A stretch of DNA of 55,070 nucleotides from Parcubacteria group bacterium GW2011_GWC1_45_14 (GCA_001001345.1 LCKI01000001.1:66339-121408), one strand, 5' to 3'. Shown: positions 37,699-47,480, counted from the first letter of the stretch. Numbers and translations: made by a program. The notes: generated by a model not told the origin, from the sequence alone.

Positions 37699-38031
37699 GT
37701 GGACGGTTATGAGGAGATGAAAAATCTTTGGGAGAATGATCCCGAAGAATTCGAAAGAAGGCGCTTGGAGCTGATTGAGCTGTTGATTGCCAAGGCTCCC
37801 GCTGAAAAGCAGATAGGCTTGCGTCGGCTCCAGTGGGAGATAGACGGGATATGCATCCGTTCAAAAAATCCTCTCCAGCGGCTGCAGAATTTCCAAGATT
37901 TCTTCATGAAAAGGGTTTACGGTGAGAGCGGAGCTCTTTTGAAAATTTCCCGTTGCTGCAGGGAAGTGATCGACTTGATGAAGGGGGATGTCATTGCAAA
38001 AAAGAAAGCCTCCTTGAAAGTCGTGAAATAG
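37699..38031 (+). CDS. DUF3135-like protein
   Basis: DPEEFERRRLELIE..AP..LRRLQWEID..RSKNPL; AAAGGAGG SD with GTG start. Confidence 0.7.
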   Translation: MDGYEEMKNLWENDPEEFERRRLELIELLIAKAPAEKQIGLRRLQWEIDGICIRSKNPLQRLQNFQDFFMKRVYGESGALLKISRCCREVIDLMKGDVIAKKKASLKVVK

Positions 38032-38109
38032 GCCGGGCAATGCTCGGCTTTTTCTTTCGCGCAAGATAGAGGGGAATATTTTTTTTAAAAAAATATATAT
38101 CACGCGGAT

Positions 38110-38382
38110 ATGAAACATTTGGAGATTAAAATTTTCGGCAAAGTGCAGGGTGTTTTTTTTCGTAGCTCGGCAAGGCAGAAGGCGGGAGAGCTCGGACTTT
38201 CCGGCTTCGCGGAAAACCTTGCGGACGGAAGCGTGGAAATCGAAGCGGAAGGCGAGGAGGAAAGGCTCAAGGAATTTTTGAAATGGTGCCACAGTGGTCC
38301 AGAGAGAGCCGAGGTGGAGAAAGTGGCTTTCCATTTTTCGGACGAGCTTAAGGGATTCGGTGGGTTTGAGGCGCGGAGATAA
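38110..38382 (+). CDS. acyP: Acylphosphatase
   Basis: GKVQGVFFR, GFAENLADGSVE, GPERAEV. Confidence 0.93.
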   Translation: MKHLEIKIFGKVQGVFFRSSARQKAGELGLSGFAENLADGSVEIEAEGEEERLKEFLKWCHSGPERAEVEKVAFHFSDELKGFGGFEARR

Positions 38383-38418
38383 AACAAAAAAAACCGCAGA
38401 TGACGCGGTTTTTTTGTT
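38382..38418. terminator. Bidirectional terminator
   Basis: aacaaaaaaaccgc/gcggtttttttgtt between convergent genes. Confidence 0.8.
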
Positions 38419-38432
38419 CAGCTTAATCGTGG

Positions 38433-39893
38433 CTAAAATCCAAGAAGACCGGTTTCTTCAGGGAAGTTTATGGATTGCAATGTGGAAGCCGCTCCCTCGA
38501 CAGTGTCGGTGAAATAAATCCGGTCTTCGGAGAAATTACTCACGACCTTCGATCCGCTTTGGGAAAGAGAGACGATGTCGAAAATATTATTATTATCGCG
38601 TTGGTCCAATTCGGATATTTTTATCTGGCTGTTTACTGAAAAAATCACATGCTCATAATCGTCGCTCCATTGGATGTTATCTAGCGGTTGGGAGTAACGG
38701 GTTACGGAGAGGACTTCGTTTTCGCTTCTGTATGGTTGTGTTTCCCAATCCCTGGTGAAATAGGCATATATCTCCCGATTGTTCCAAAAAAGCAGCTTCT
38801 TGCCGTCATTGGAGAACTGCACGCCCTTGGCGTCATCCAGGAGTTTTCCGAAGTATTCGTCTTTCTCTCCTTTGTTGAATATGAAGAGGCGGTCGCTTCC
38901 ATTTTTCATCGCGATCTTTTCCTTGTCATAGACGATGATGCGGTATGAATCGTCTTCCATTTCAGAAGGAGCGGATGTTGTGATTTGAAGGGGGCGCATA
39001 GTTCCGTCAAGATTGGTTTGAAACACGATGCCGTTAGGAAGTTGGAAATAATAGACGAATTTACCCGAAATATCATAGCTGGAAATCTGTTTGGCTATGA
39101 CCTTTTTTTCCTCGGGTTTTTTTGTATCCAGTCGATAGAGATCCCTTTTGGACATATAGTATACGACGTCCTTGTCTTCACTGTCCCAGCGCACGGAGGA
39201 TACCTTGGATGTCTCGGCCAGCTCTTGGAGATCAAGCGCGCTTTGGTTTTCCAGTTCTATAATAAAATAGGTTTTGTCCGAACCCTTTTTTAAGGGGATG
39301 ATTATCTTTTCCGATTGAGGAGACCATTCGATATTTTCTTGCTCATCGTCGGTGAATTCATATTCCGTAGTAGAGAAAACTGTTCGAATGGTGTTTTTTT
39401 CGGTATCCAATATGTCCATAGACAGTTGTCCATTCTCCCTGCGCACGGTCGCTATCAGGTTCTTGGTGGGCGCTATGAAAAAGTCGTTGGCGCTTTTCGC
39501 TTCATAGGCGGTGCGATCATAATTTTTCCTGGTCAAAAGGACGTTCCAAAATTCGGTCGAGATCCCGCTGCGGATAGTGACTTTTTTGGACCAGGTATTG
39601 TAATCGGGGGCTGTCACTCTGACCACATATTCATCCGGCCTGATGCGATTGACATGAAAGGAGTTATTTATCCTGCTAAGTTTTTTAGTGACGCTCGTGT
39701 TGTCGATTTCCACATCTATATCCTGCGGATTAGATTTTATGGTCAAAGATCCGGCATAGACGAAAACCCCCCTTTCCGCACTGAACGTGTAGCCGAACGA
39801 ATACAGGATCAGGAAAGATGAGGTCGCGAAAAACATAGCGACCAATGTCCAGAAAAAAAGCGTTTTGAATTTTCTATTGTTGATGTCTATCAT
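38433..39893 (-). CDS. Membrane-anchored PEGA-domain / beta-propeller-like protein
   Basis: N-terminal TM, GSLTIKSNP..EYVVRVTAPDYNTWSK (PEGA), repeated WS/FS-x-D propeller-like motifs. Confidence 0.75.
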   Translation of the reverse strand: MIDINNRKFKTLFFWTLVAMFFATSSFLILYSFGYTFSAERGVFVYAGSLTIKSNPQDIDVEIDNTSVTKKLSRINNSFHVNRIRPDEYVVRVTAPDYNTWSKKVTIRSGISTEFWNVLLTRKNYDRTAYEAKSANDFFIAPTKNLIATVRRENGQLSMDILDTEKNTIRTVFSTTEYEFTDDEQENIEWSPQSEKIIIPLKKGSDKTYFIIELENQSALDLQELAETSKVSSVRWDSEDKDVVYYMSKRDLYRLDTKKPEEKKVIAKQISSYDISGKFVYYFQLPNGIVFQTNLDGTMRPLQITTSAPSEMEDDSYRIIVYDKEKIAMKNGSDRLFIFNKGEKDEYFGKLLDDAKGVQFSNDGKKLLFWNNREIYAYFTRDWETQPYRSENEVLSVTRYSQPLDNIQWSDDYEHVIFSVNSQIKISELDQRDNNNIFDIVSLSQSGSKVVSNFSEDRIYFTDTVEGAASTLQSINFPEETGLLGF

Positions 39894-40092
39894 GGTTGAT
39901 CGGATTTAAGTGCTTAAATAAAACAAAAATGCGCATCAGGAAATCGCATCTCATGGCTTGTTATATTGTCTTGGTATGTGCCATATCATTTCCTCACAAG
40001 AGTAACCCAAAAATACGGTTTTGTCCAGCCAGGGACTGTTGCAACGCTCCGAGTTGTTGTATAATTCATTTGTTATAAATAACGTCATCTTT

Positions 40093-40584
40093 ATGGGAGA
40101 TCTTTTGGCGAAATTCACGCAATCAGGGATAGTTGCTGAATTGTCCGCAATAGGAGCGGTGCTTTTGGTGATCAGTGTCATGTTTTGGTTGGTGATCGGA
40201 AGATTCAGGCTTCATAATGCGCTCATAAATATCTATATATCCTTTGCCATATTGCAGGTCGCATACGAGGAGATTCTGGCCTTTGGGAAATTCATGCCGA
40301 TTTCGGTGTTTTTGATTTTGGTCGTTTTTTTGACTCTTGTAGACAGTAATCTGTTTGAGATCCATCTTTCGGGATCAGGGCTGGCCATTTGGCAGGTGAT
40401 TGTGCTGAGTTTTTTGGAGGCGGGTCTCTTGGTGAGCATCGTCTCTTCGTTGGTTCCGGAGAAGCAGATCCTGAAGTATATTTCCATAGATTCTTTCGAA
40501 TATTTCGTATCTCCGCTGGCCAGTATCCTTTGGATGGTGGCCCCTTTGGCATTTTTGATTCTTATAGGCAGAAGGGGGAAATAG
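40093..40584 (+). CDS. Hypothetical integral membrane protein
   Basis: About 5 hydrophobic segments; ATG 40093 chosen as start. Confidence 0.7.
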   Translation: MGDLLAKFTQSGIVAELSAIGAVLLVISVMFWLVIGRFRLHNALINIYISFAILQVAYEEILAFGKFMPISVFLILVVFLTLVDSNLFEIHLSGSGLAIWQVIVLSFLEAGLLVSIVSSLVPEKQILKYISIDSFEYFVSPLASILWMVAPLAFLILIGRRGK

Positions 40585-40595
40585 GGCGGGGTTGA

Positions 40596-40648
40596 CCCTG
40601 TTAAATCCCCGACAAGTCGGGGTCCGCAGGAAGCGGAATTTAACAGGG
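40596..40648. repeat. Small palindromic (REP/MITE-like) element at the -35 box of the tRNA promoter
   Basis: ccctgttaaat...atttaacaggg arms with two inner hairpins, TTGA on both sides. Confidence 0.7.
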
Positions 40649-40676
40649 TTGACGGATATTTTATTTCCGGTATAAT
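40649..40676 (+). promoter_or_regulatory. Promoter of tRNA-Lys
   Basis: TTGACG-16 bp-TATAAT. Confidence 0.65.
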
Positions 40677-40729
40677 TCGATTTGTTGTTCGTATTCTTAT
40701 TTTATGGTTTGCGGATAAGCAGGTTATCC

Positions 40730-40802
40730 GGGCGCATAGCTCAGTTGGTAGAGCAACGGCCTTTTAAGCCGATGGTCGGGGGTTCGAATCCCTCTGCGCC
40801 CA
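40730..40802 (+). tRNA. tRNA-Lys (anticodon UUU), CCA not encoded
   Basis: GGGCGCA/TGCGCCC acceptor stem, GCTC/GAGC D arm, loop CTTTTAA, T-loop TTCGAAT. Confidence 0.95.
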
Positions 40803-40923
40803 CAAAGAGAAAATCCCATCAGGGATTTTTTTGCTTTGTGGGCAGAGGGATTCCTCCCTACCTGGGGATTTTTAGCGGTTTATGCTATAATTATCGGAGA
40901 AATTAAAGCTTAAAAAAATCAAC

Positions 40924-41985
40924 ATGAACAAAACATTTCTCCTGGCAGTTTTTTTGTCCGCAACTTTTTTTCTTTCAGGATGTTCCCTCGACACCAGTAT
41001 TACCCAGTCTACGGGGGCAAACTTGATGCCTAAGGCGACTTTCATAAAAACCTCGGACAGCGGGGAGATTTGGGAGCCGAAGATGAAAGTAGATGAAAAG
41101 AAAAGCATCTCTTCCATAAACGTGCTTGCGGTCGCTGTCGATCCGTTTGATCCCAACATAGTTTATCTTGGATCGGAAAAAAACGGGATTTTCGTTTCCC
41201 GTGATGGCGCGGAAACCTGGAGTCAGATAAAATTTCCGGAAAAGGTTTATGGGTTGGCGTTGGACCACTCTGCGAGAAATGTCATTTACGCATCTGGAGT
41301 TTTCAAGGGAAGGGGTAAGATATTCAAGAGGACAAGCGAGGGAAGCGAATGGAAAGAAATTTATACCGAACCGGCCGATGGGACTGTGATTTCGTCTTTG
41401 GCTATGGATAAGTTCAATGCCAATGTCTTGTATGCTGGGACGAATGAAGGCGTCATCTTCAAGACGACGGATGGAGGGAATACCTGGAACAATATCCACA
41501 AAGCGGAAGCGCCCGTGACCTCCATCGCGTTTGATAGTGCCAATTCCAATGTCGTGTATTTCGGGGTTTTCCAACGGTCCCTGCTTAAAACTTCCAATGG
41601 CGGGGTCTCAGTGGAAAACATTACAAGTAAGATTTCCGGTTTGGATGGCAATCAGAGTGTTTTTTCCGTGACAACCGATCCTCGCTCAGCGGGAACCTTG
41701 TATGCAGGTCTTGGAAATGGGATCGCCAAGAGCGTCAACGGGGGAGAGAACTGGGTCAACTTGAACACCTTGGGGAGTTCCAGGAATTTCCCGGTAAGGG
41801 TTTTGGCCGTGAATCCTCAGAATTCAAGTGAGCTTATTTATGTAGCAGGAAAGGCGATATATAAATCCACGGACGGCGGAGTGCAATGGTCCACTTTCCA
41901 GCTGGATACCGCCAAGGATGTTGGCGGTATAGTTTACAATAGGAACAATCCTTCTATAATATATGCAGGATTGAGAAATTTTTAA
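40924..41985 (+). CDS. Lipoprotein with BNR/Asp-box beta-propeller (Ycf48-like)
   Basis: Lipobox FLSGC; repeated S/TxDGGxxW Asp-boxes. Confidence 0.85.
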   Translation: MNKTFLLAVFLSATFFLSGCSLDTSITQSTGANLMPKATFIKTSDSGEIWEPKMKVDEKKSISSINVLAVAVDPFDPNIVYLGSEKNGIFVSRDGAETWSQIKFPEKVYGLALDHSARNVIYASGVFKGRGKIFKRTSEGSEWKEIYTEPADGTVISSLAMDKFNANVLYAGTNEGVIFKTTDGGNTWNNIHKAEAPVTSIAFDSANSNVVYFGVFQRSLLKTSNGGVSVENITSKISGLDGNQSVFSVTTDPRSAGTLYAGLGNGIAKSVNGGENWVNLNTLGSSRNFPVRVLAVNPQNSSELIYVAGKAIYKSTDGGVQWSTFQLDTAKDVGGIVYNRNNPSIIYAGLRNF

Positions 41986-42026
41986 ATCAGGGCGGTAAGC
42001 GGTAATAAGTAATTTTTTAGAAAAAT

Positions 42027-42584
42027 ATGTATAACGAAGTCATTTCAGAAAAAAGAAAGGATTTGGACAAGGCTATAGAGCATTTGCAATTCGAGCTTGG
42101 AAAGTTGCGTACCGGCAGAGCGACGCCTTCGTTAGTTGAAGACGTCATGGTGGATTATTATGGCACTAGGACACCGCTTAAGCAGATCGCGTCCATTAAC
42201 ACGCCGGAACCTAGGCAGATCACCATCCAGCCGTGGGATAGGGGAGCGATAGGTCCCATTGAGGGTGCGATCAGGGAATCGGACTTGGGCTTAAATCCCA
42301 TAAATGATGGGATCTTGATTAGGTTGAGTATTCCGGCACTTACTGAGGAAAGAAGGAAGGAATTGGTGAAAGTGTTGAACAATAAGGCCGAAGAAGGCAG
42401 GATCGCTTTGCGTAATGTCAGAGAGGACGCACTGAAAGAGGTTCAGAATATGGAGAAGGAGGGGTTGATTTCCGAAGACGATAAGTTTCGGGCAAAAGAA
42501 AAACTGCAAGGCGTGATTGATGAATACAATAAGAAGGTCGAGGAAATAAGAGAGAAGAAAGAGAAAGATATAATGACAGTTTGA
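42027..42584 (+). CDS. frr: Ribosome recycling factor
   Basis: LRTGRATP, IQPWD, LTEERRKEL, ALRNVR. Confidence 0.97.
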   Translation: MYNEVISEKRKDLDKAIEHLQFELGKLRTGRATPSLVEDVMVDYYGTRTPLKQIASINTPEPRQITIQPWDRGAIGPIEGAIRESDLGLNPINDGILIRLSIPALTEERRKELVKVLNNKAEEGRIALRNVREDALKEVQNMEKEGLISEDDKFRAKEKLQGVIDEYNKKVEEIREKKEKDIMTV

Positions 42585-42587
42585 TGT

Positions 42588-42696
42588 CGTGAAGCGCGAA
42601 ACGTGGAACACGGAACGTAAAATGCAAACAGGCGCGCGGACAGTTGTAATTTATATTTAATTGTGCGCTATGCGTTTCACGCTATGCGTTACGCTA
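42588..42696. repeat. Intergenic palindrome of 7-mer tandem repeats
   Basis: cgtgaagcgcgaaacgtggaacacggaacgt versus gcgctatgcgtttcacgctatgcgttacgc. Confidence 0.7.
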
Positions 42697-42705
42697 TAAA
42701 ACATA

Positions 42706-43836
42706 ATGGCAATTTTGATTTTTATTCTGATACTCGGGGTTCTGGTTCTTATTCATGAGCTGGGGCATTTCGTCGTGGCCAAAAGGAACGGGATAACTGC
42801 GCATGAGTTCGGTTTCGGTTTCCCGCCCAGGGTTTTCGGTGTGTATAAGAGCGACAAGGGAAAATGGAAATTCGTACGCGGAAGCAAGGATGTTGAAACC
42901 AAAAACACGATTTATTCCTTGAACTGGTTTCCGATCGGAGGGTTCGTCAAGATCAAGGGAGAGGATGGGTCAGGGCAGAATGAAAAAGACAGTTTTGCGA
43001 ACAAATCAGCCTGGACCAGGATCAAGGTTCTTTTGGCTGGAGTGATCATGAACTTCGTTTTGGCTTGGGTGTTTTTCTCTGCCGGTTTCATGATTGGCAC
43101 GTATCAGGAAGTTGTTGACGGGAACACCCAAGATTCGAAGATTTTGATAAATATGGTCGCGGAAGGTTCTCCCGCTGAGCAGATGGGAATCCGATTGGGA
43201 GATGAGCTCGTCTCGGGAGGCAACGGGGGCGAAGTCGTTTTTGGGAACGTGAAGGATGTCCAGGATTTCATCAATAACCATAAAGGCGAGGAGATAGCCC
43301 TTACGGTGCTGCGTGGCGAGGAGAATTTGGAGCTTCGGGGCACCCCAAGGACGGAAACCGTCGAGAGTCAAGGTTCTTTGGGAATAGGGCTTGCTGAAGT
43401 GCGGAAGGTCAGATACGGCTTTTTCCAATCCCTCTATTACGGTCTCTTGGAAATGAAAAACGTGTTTATTTTGATGCTCATAACCATCAAGGAGCTTTTC
43501 GTCGGAAAAACCGGAGGAGTGGACGTTACCGGCATAATCGGAATCGCAGTTTACACGGGGCAAATCATTCCTCTGGGGATAGTGCAGATTCTTCGATTTG
43601 CCGCGATTTTGAGTATAAATTTGGGAATAATCAACGCGCTTCCTTTTCCGGCTCTGGACGGAGGGCGGGTGCTGTTTATTTTGATTGAGAAGATCAAAGG
43701 TTCCCCAGTGAGCGAGAAAGTGGAACAGGCTTTCCATACGGTGGGATTTATGCTATTAATAATCTTGATGGTGGTGGTCACGTTTAAGGACTTCATCAGA
43801 TTCGATATAGTGGACAAGATCAAAGGGGTGTTTTAA
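42706..43836 (+). CDS. rseP: Site-2 intramembrane metalloprotease RseP (M50 + PDZ)
   Basis: HELGH, PIGGFVK, GSPAEQMG PDZ, NALPFPALDGG. Confidence 0.93.
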   Translation: MAILIFILILGVLVLIHELGHFVVAKRNGITAHEFGFGFPPRVFGVYKSDKGKWKFVRGSKDVETKNTIYSLNWFPIGGFVKIKGEDGSGQNEKDSFANKSAWTRIKVLLAGVIMNFVLAWVFFSAGFMIGTYQEVVDGNTQDSKILINMVAEGSPAEQMGIRLGDELVSGGNGGEVVFGNVKDVQDFINNHKGEEIALTVLRGEENLELRGTPRTETVESQGSLGIGLAEVRKVRYGFFQSLYYGLLEMKNVFILMLITIKELFVGKTGGVDVTGIIGIAVYTGQIIPLGIVQILRFAAILSINLGIINALPFPALDGGRVLFILIEKIKGSPVSEKVEQAFHTVGFMLLIILMVVVTFKDFIRFDIVDKIKGVF

Positions 43837-43845
43837 TTGCGACCC

Positions 43846-43929
43846 TTGACACAGTAGTTTTTTCTGGTATGATTGGTTTTATCAAATGCATGTTTTCATG
43901 GCTCTGCCAATTTCGGCGGCAGCCTTTTT
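43846..43929 (+). promoter_or_regulatory. greA promoter plus leader terminator-like hairpin
   Basis: TTGACA-16 bp-TATGAT (TG-extended), then ggctctgcc/ggcggcagcc + T5 before the start codon. Confidence 0.55.
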
Positions 43930-43950
43930 AAATCGATTAAAAAGAAAAAA

Positions 43951-44406
43951 ATGGTTAGATTAATGACGAAGGAAGGATTGAAAAAGCTTCAGGATGAGCT
44001 GGATGAAAGGAAGACCGCGCTCAGACAGGAAATAGCCCAAGCTATCAAAGAGGCCAAGGAGCAGGGTGATCTCAGTGAGAACGCCGAATATGCCGAAGCC
44101 AAGAGGCAGCAAAACGAAAACGAATCCAGGATAGCTGAATTGGAAATGACGCTCAAGGAATCGCAAGTCGTTGAAAAGGCCAAAACCAACGGGCATGTGC
44201 AGATAGGATCAGTCGTTGGCGTCGAATTCAATGGGCGCAATATGGATTTCCATATCGTGGGCTCCAATGAGGCTGACCCGGCTAACTTCAAGATTTCCAA
44301 TGAGTCTCCTTTGGGAAGGGCCTTCATGAACAAGAAGAAGGGCGAGGAAGTGGAGGTTTCCATTCCAAGCGGAGTGGTGAAATATAAGATCGTGGACATC
44401 AAGTAA
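43951..44406 (+). CDS. greA: Transcription elongation factor GreA
   Basis: TKEGLKKL, GDLSENAEY, ISNESPLG. Confidence 0.96.
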   Translation: MVRLMTKEGLKKLQDELDERKTALRQEIAQAIKEAKEQGDLSENAEYAEAKRQQNENESRIAELEMTLKESQVVEKAKTNGHVQIGSVVGVEFNGRNMDFHIVGSNEADPANFKISNESPLGRAFMNKKKGEEVEVSIPSGVVKYKIVDIK

Positions 44407-44423
44407 TATCGCACCTAGTGGTT

Positions 44424-44448
44424 AAGCCCCGTTTAGCGGGGCTTTTTG
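44424..44448 (+). terminator. Rho-independent terminator
   Basis: aagccccg/cggggctt followed by a T tract. Confidence 0.8.
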
Positions 44449-44500
44449 TTTGCCAAAAGGCCTTTTTCGGGCTATCATTCAGGCATATTAAACATCTAAA

Positions 44501-44609
44501 AATTTCGAATTTTGAATTTCGAATTTTGAATAAAATCTGAATATTTCAATGTTTAAAAATTGAAACATTGGGAATTCATTAAAAATTCAAAATTCAAAAT
44601 TAAAAATTC
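44501..44609. repeat. Intergenic palindrome of 7-mer repeats (empty form of the element flanking CYTH)
   Basis: aatttcgaattttgaatttcgaattttgaat / caatgttt..aaacattg / aattcaaaattcaaaattaaaaattc. Confidence 0.75.
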
Positions 44610-44619
44610 CGGCGCAGCC

Positions 44620-46074
44620 ATGATCAGAGACGATATCAGGCAGGTGAAATTGGAAAAATTGGAGAAGGTTCGGGAATTCGGCATGGATCCATATCCGGAA
44701 AAAAATGAAAGGACCAATACGAACGCGGAAGCGTTGGAGAAATTCGACGAGCTTTCCGGAAAAGAAATCACATTGGTCGGAAGGGTCAGGTCGATGCGTC
44801 CTATGGGAGGAAGCGCTTTTGCGAGCATTGAAGATGAAACCGGAAAGATCCAACTTTTCCTCAACAAGGGGAATATGAAGGAAGAACTTTTCAAGCTTTT
44901 CGTGAAAACCATCGAGCTTGGGGATTTCGTGCAGGTCAGCGGGGAGCTTTTCAAAACGAAGACCGAAGAGAAATCCATCAAGGTGACGGATTGGAAAGTT
45001 CTTTCTAAGAATATCCGCCCAGTACCGACCGAACATTTCGGCATCAAGGACGAGGAAGAACTCCTTCGAAAAAGATATTTGGATCTCATGACAAATCCGG
45101 AGACGCGCGAACTTTTCAAAAAGAAAAATATTTTCTGGCAGACCGTGAGGAATTTCCTTTTAAACGAAGGATTCTTGGAAGTGCAGACTCCTGTCTTGGA
45201 ACATACGCCAGGCGGAGCAGACGCTGAGCCTTTCATAACGCACCACAACGCCCTGGATCAGGATTTTTTCATGCGCATCTCGCTCGAGCTTCCTTTGAAG
45301 AGACTTTTGGTCGGAGGATATGAGAAGGTTTTCGAAATCGGACGCGTGTTCCGCAACGAGGGAATTGACCGCCAGCATTTGCAGGAATTCGATCACATGG
45401 AATTCTATTGGGCTTATGGGGATTTGGAGAAGGGAATGGAAATGTCAGAGAAGATGTACCGTGAAATAGCTCTCAACGTTTTGGGTAAATATACTCACCA
45501 ATACGAAGAAAACGTGATCGATTGGAGCAAACCTTTTCCGCATGTGGATTATTTTGAGGCGTTCCAGAAAGAAACCGGAATAGACCTCTCGGGCGAGGTC
45601 AGTGTTGAGCAACTTTGGAAAAAAGCTGACGAGCTGAAAATCAAATATGACAAGACATACGGCAAAGGAAAGATGATAGACACGATTTATAAAAAAACCG
45701 TCAGGCAAAAACTCATCCAGCCGTGCTTTTTGGTAGGGCATCCGATCGAGGTTTCTCCGCTTGCCAAGAAAGATCCGAATAATCCGAACAGAGTGCTCCG
45801 TTTCCAGGTCGTGGCTGGAACGGCCGAGCTTTGCAACGCGTTCGCCGAGCTCAACGACCCGATCGACCAGAGACAGCGTTTTGAAGACCAGATGAAGCTG
45901 CGTGAGGCCGGGGACACCGAGGCTCAGATGATCGATGAGGATTTCGTGGAAGCTCTCGAATATGGGATGCCGCCGGCTTTCGGATTCGGACTCAGCGAAA
46001 GACTCTTCTCGTTCTTCATGAACAAATCAATCAGGGAGTGCGTCATCTTCCCGCCGATGAAATCTAAGGAATAA
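44620..46074 (+). CDS. lysS: Lysine--tRNA ligase (class II)
   Basis: GGADAEPFITHHN, RISLELPLKRL, FRNEG, ALEYGMPP; start at ATG 44620. Confidence 0.96.
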   Translation: MIRDDIRQVKLEKLEKVREFGMDPYPEKNERTNTNAEALEKFDELSGKEITLVGRVRSMRPMGGSAFASIEDETGKIQLFLNKGNMKEELFKLFVKTIELGDFVQVSGELFKTKTEEKSIKVTDWKVLSKNIRPVPTEHFGIKDEEELLRKRYLDLMTNPETRELFKKKNIFWQTVRNFLLNEGFLEVQTPVLEHTPGGADAEPFITHHNALDQDFFMRISLELPLKRLLVGGYEKVFEIGRVFRNEGIDRQHLQEFDHMEFYWAYGDLEKGMEMSEKMYREIALNVLGKYTHQYEENVIDWSKPFPHVDYFEAFQKETGIDLSGEVSVEQLWKKADELKIKYDKTYGKGKMIDTIYKKTVRQKLIQPCFLVGHPIEVSPLAKKDPNNPNRVLRFQVVAGTAELCNAFAELNDPIDQRQRFEDQMKLREAGDTEAQMIDEDFVEALEYGMPPAFGFGLSERLFSFFMNKSIRECVIFPPMKSKE

Positions 46075-46084
46075 CTTTCGATAT

Positions 46085-46684
46085 ATGCAGGGAGACATTT
46101 CGGAAATCGAGGAGTATGTCAGGAAGATCTTTGTGGAATCTCCGCACGTCGAGGATCCTGACAGGAAAAAACTTTTGCAAAACTTTTGGGAGAACCACAC
46201 TAAAGAGGTCGTCGATCTTTCTTTGGAATTGGCGAAAAAATACGGAGCCGACAGGGAAATCGTGCACCTGGGCGCGCTTTTCCATGATTTTTCCCTGGCC
46301 TATGATAGCGAACCGCACGACGAAGTGAGTGCGGACAAAGCGTTCGAATTCTTGATAGTCAATTGGTTCAATCGGGATGTCGCTGAGAAAGTAAGGGATA
46401 TAATCCTCAAACACAGGTGCAAGAAATTCATTCCGGAAACATTGGAAGAGAAAATTGTTTCTACTGCCGACGCGATCGCTCATTTCATCCCGGCTTTTTA
46501 CAAAGGCGCGGCCGAAGTCGCCAGGGAGGATTACGCCGAGATGATCAGGGGCAAGATAGACAAGCTCGAGGACGAATATGAAAGGAAAGTTTTTTTCGAG
46601 GACGAGAAGAAAATCCTGAAGAAATACATGAAGGAATTCAAGGAGAAGTATTATTACAAAATTAGCAATAAGACCGATGCATAA
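46085..46684 (+). CDS. HD-domain phosphohydrolase
   Basis: NHTKEV, ALFHD, PH..SA, ILKH, TADA. Confidence 0.85.
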   Translation: MQGDISEIEEYVRKIFVESPHVEDPDRKKLLQNFWENHTKEVVDLSLELAKKYGADREIVHLGALFHDFSLAYDSEPHDEVSADKAFEFLIVNWFNRDVAEKVRDIILKHRCKKFIPETLEEKIVSTADAIAHFIPAFYKGAAEVAREDYAEMIRGKIDKLEDEYERKVFFEDEKKILKKYMKEFKEKYYYKISNKTDA

Positions 46685-47069
46685 ATCAGCCGGAGCGATA
46701 ATAAAAAACGACAAGGGAAAAATACTGATGCTAGAAAGGACGAAATTTCCTTTTGGTTGGGCGTGTCCCGCGGGGCATGTGGATGAAGGAGAGAAACCGG
46801 AAGATGCTATGGTCAGAGAAGTGTGGGAAGAGACCGGATTGTCCGTCAAAGAATACGAATTGCTTTTCCATGAATTTGTCGAGTGGAATGAATGCAGCAG
46901 GGGAGTAAGGGGACACGACTGGTCTCTTTTTGAGGCGATTGAATGGGAAGGAGAAGCTGTTTCAAATTCTGAATCGAAAAATATGAAATGGGTTGGTGTT
47001 GATGAGATTAAAGGGTTGGAATTGGAACCGGTTTGGAAATATTGGTTTGAAAAATTAAAAATAATTTAA
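46677..47069 (+). CDS. NUDIX hydrolase
   Basis: PAGHVDEGEKPEDAMVREVWEETG. Confidence 0.9.
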   Translation: MHKSAGAIIKNDKGKILMLERTKFPFGWACPAGHVDEGEKPEDAMVREVWEETGLSVKEYELLFHEFVEWNECSRGVRGHDWSLFEAIEWEGEAVSNSESKNMKWVGVDEIKGLELEPVWKYWFEKLKII

Positions 47070-47075
47070 TTCATT

Positions 47076-47480
47076 ATGAAAATCGTTATCTGTGCCAGTA
47101 TGGCGTTCGCCCAAAAGATATTTGAAGCTGAAAAAGAGCTTGCTCGGAACGGGCACGAAGCTTTTGTGCATGAGAAAGTGAAGATGCACGCCGAAAAAGC
47201 ACTTTCTTCCGCCGAAAACACCCAGGAAAAAATCAATGACGATATAATCAAGGTTTATTTTGAAAAAATAAAAAATAGCGATGCCATCTTGGTTTTGAAT
47301 TATGACAAAAACGGAATTGAAAATTATATCGGAGGGAACGTGTTTTTGGAAATCGGATTTGCGCATGTATTGGGTAAGAAAATTTTTCTTCTCAATGGGA
47401 TCCCCGAAGTTTCCTATAAGGATGAAATCGTCGCCATGCAGCCAGTTGTCTTGGGCGGGGATTTAAGAGAAATCAAATGA
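47076..47480 (+). CDS. Nucleoside 2-deoxyribosyltransferase-like protein
   Basis: KIVICAS, IKNSDAILVLN, YIGGNVFLEIGFA..GKKI. Confidence 0.6.
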   Translation: MKIVICASMAFAQKIFEAEKELARNGHEAFVHEKVKMHAEKALSSAENTQEKINDDIIKVYFEKIKNSDAILVLNYDKNGIENYIGGNVFLEIGFAHVLGKKIFLLNGIPEVSYKDEIVAMQPVVLGGDLREIK

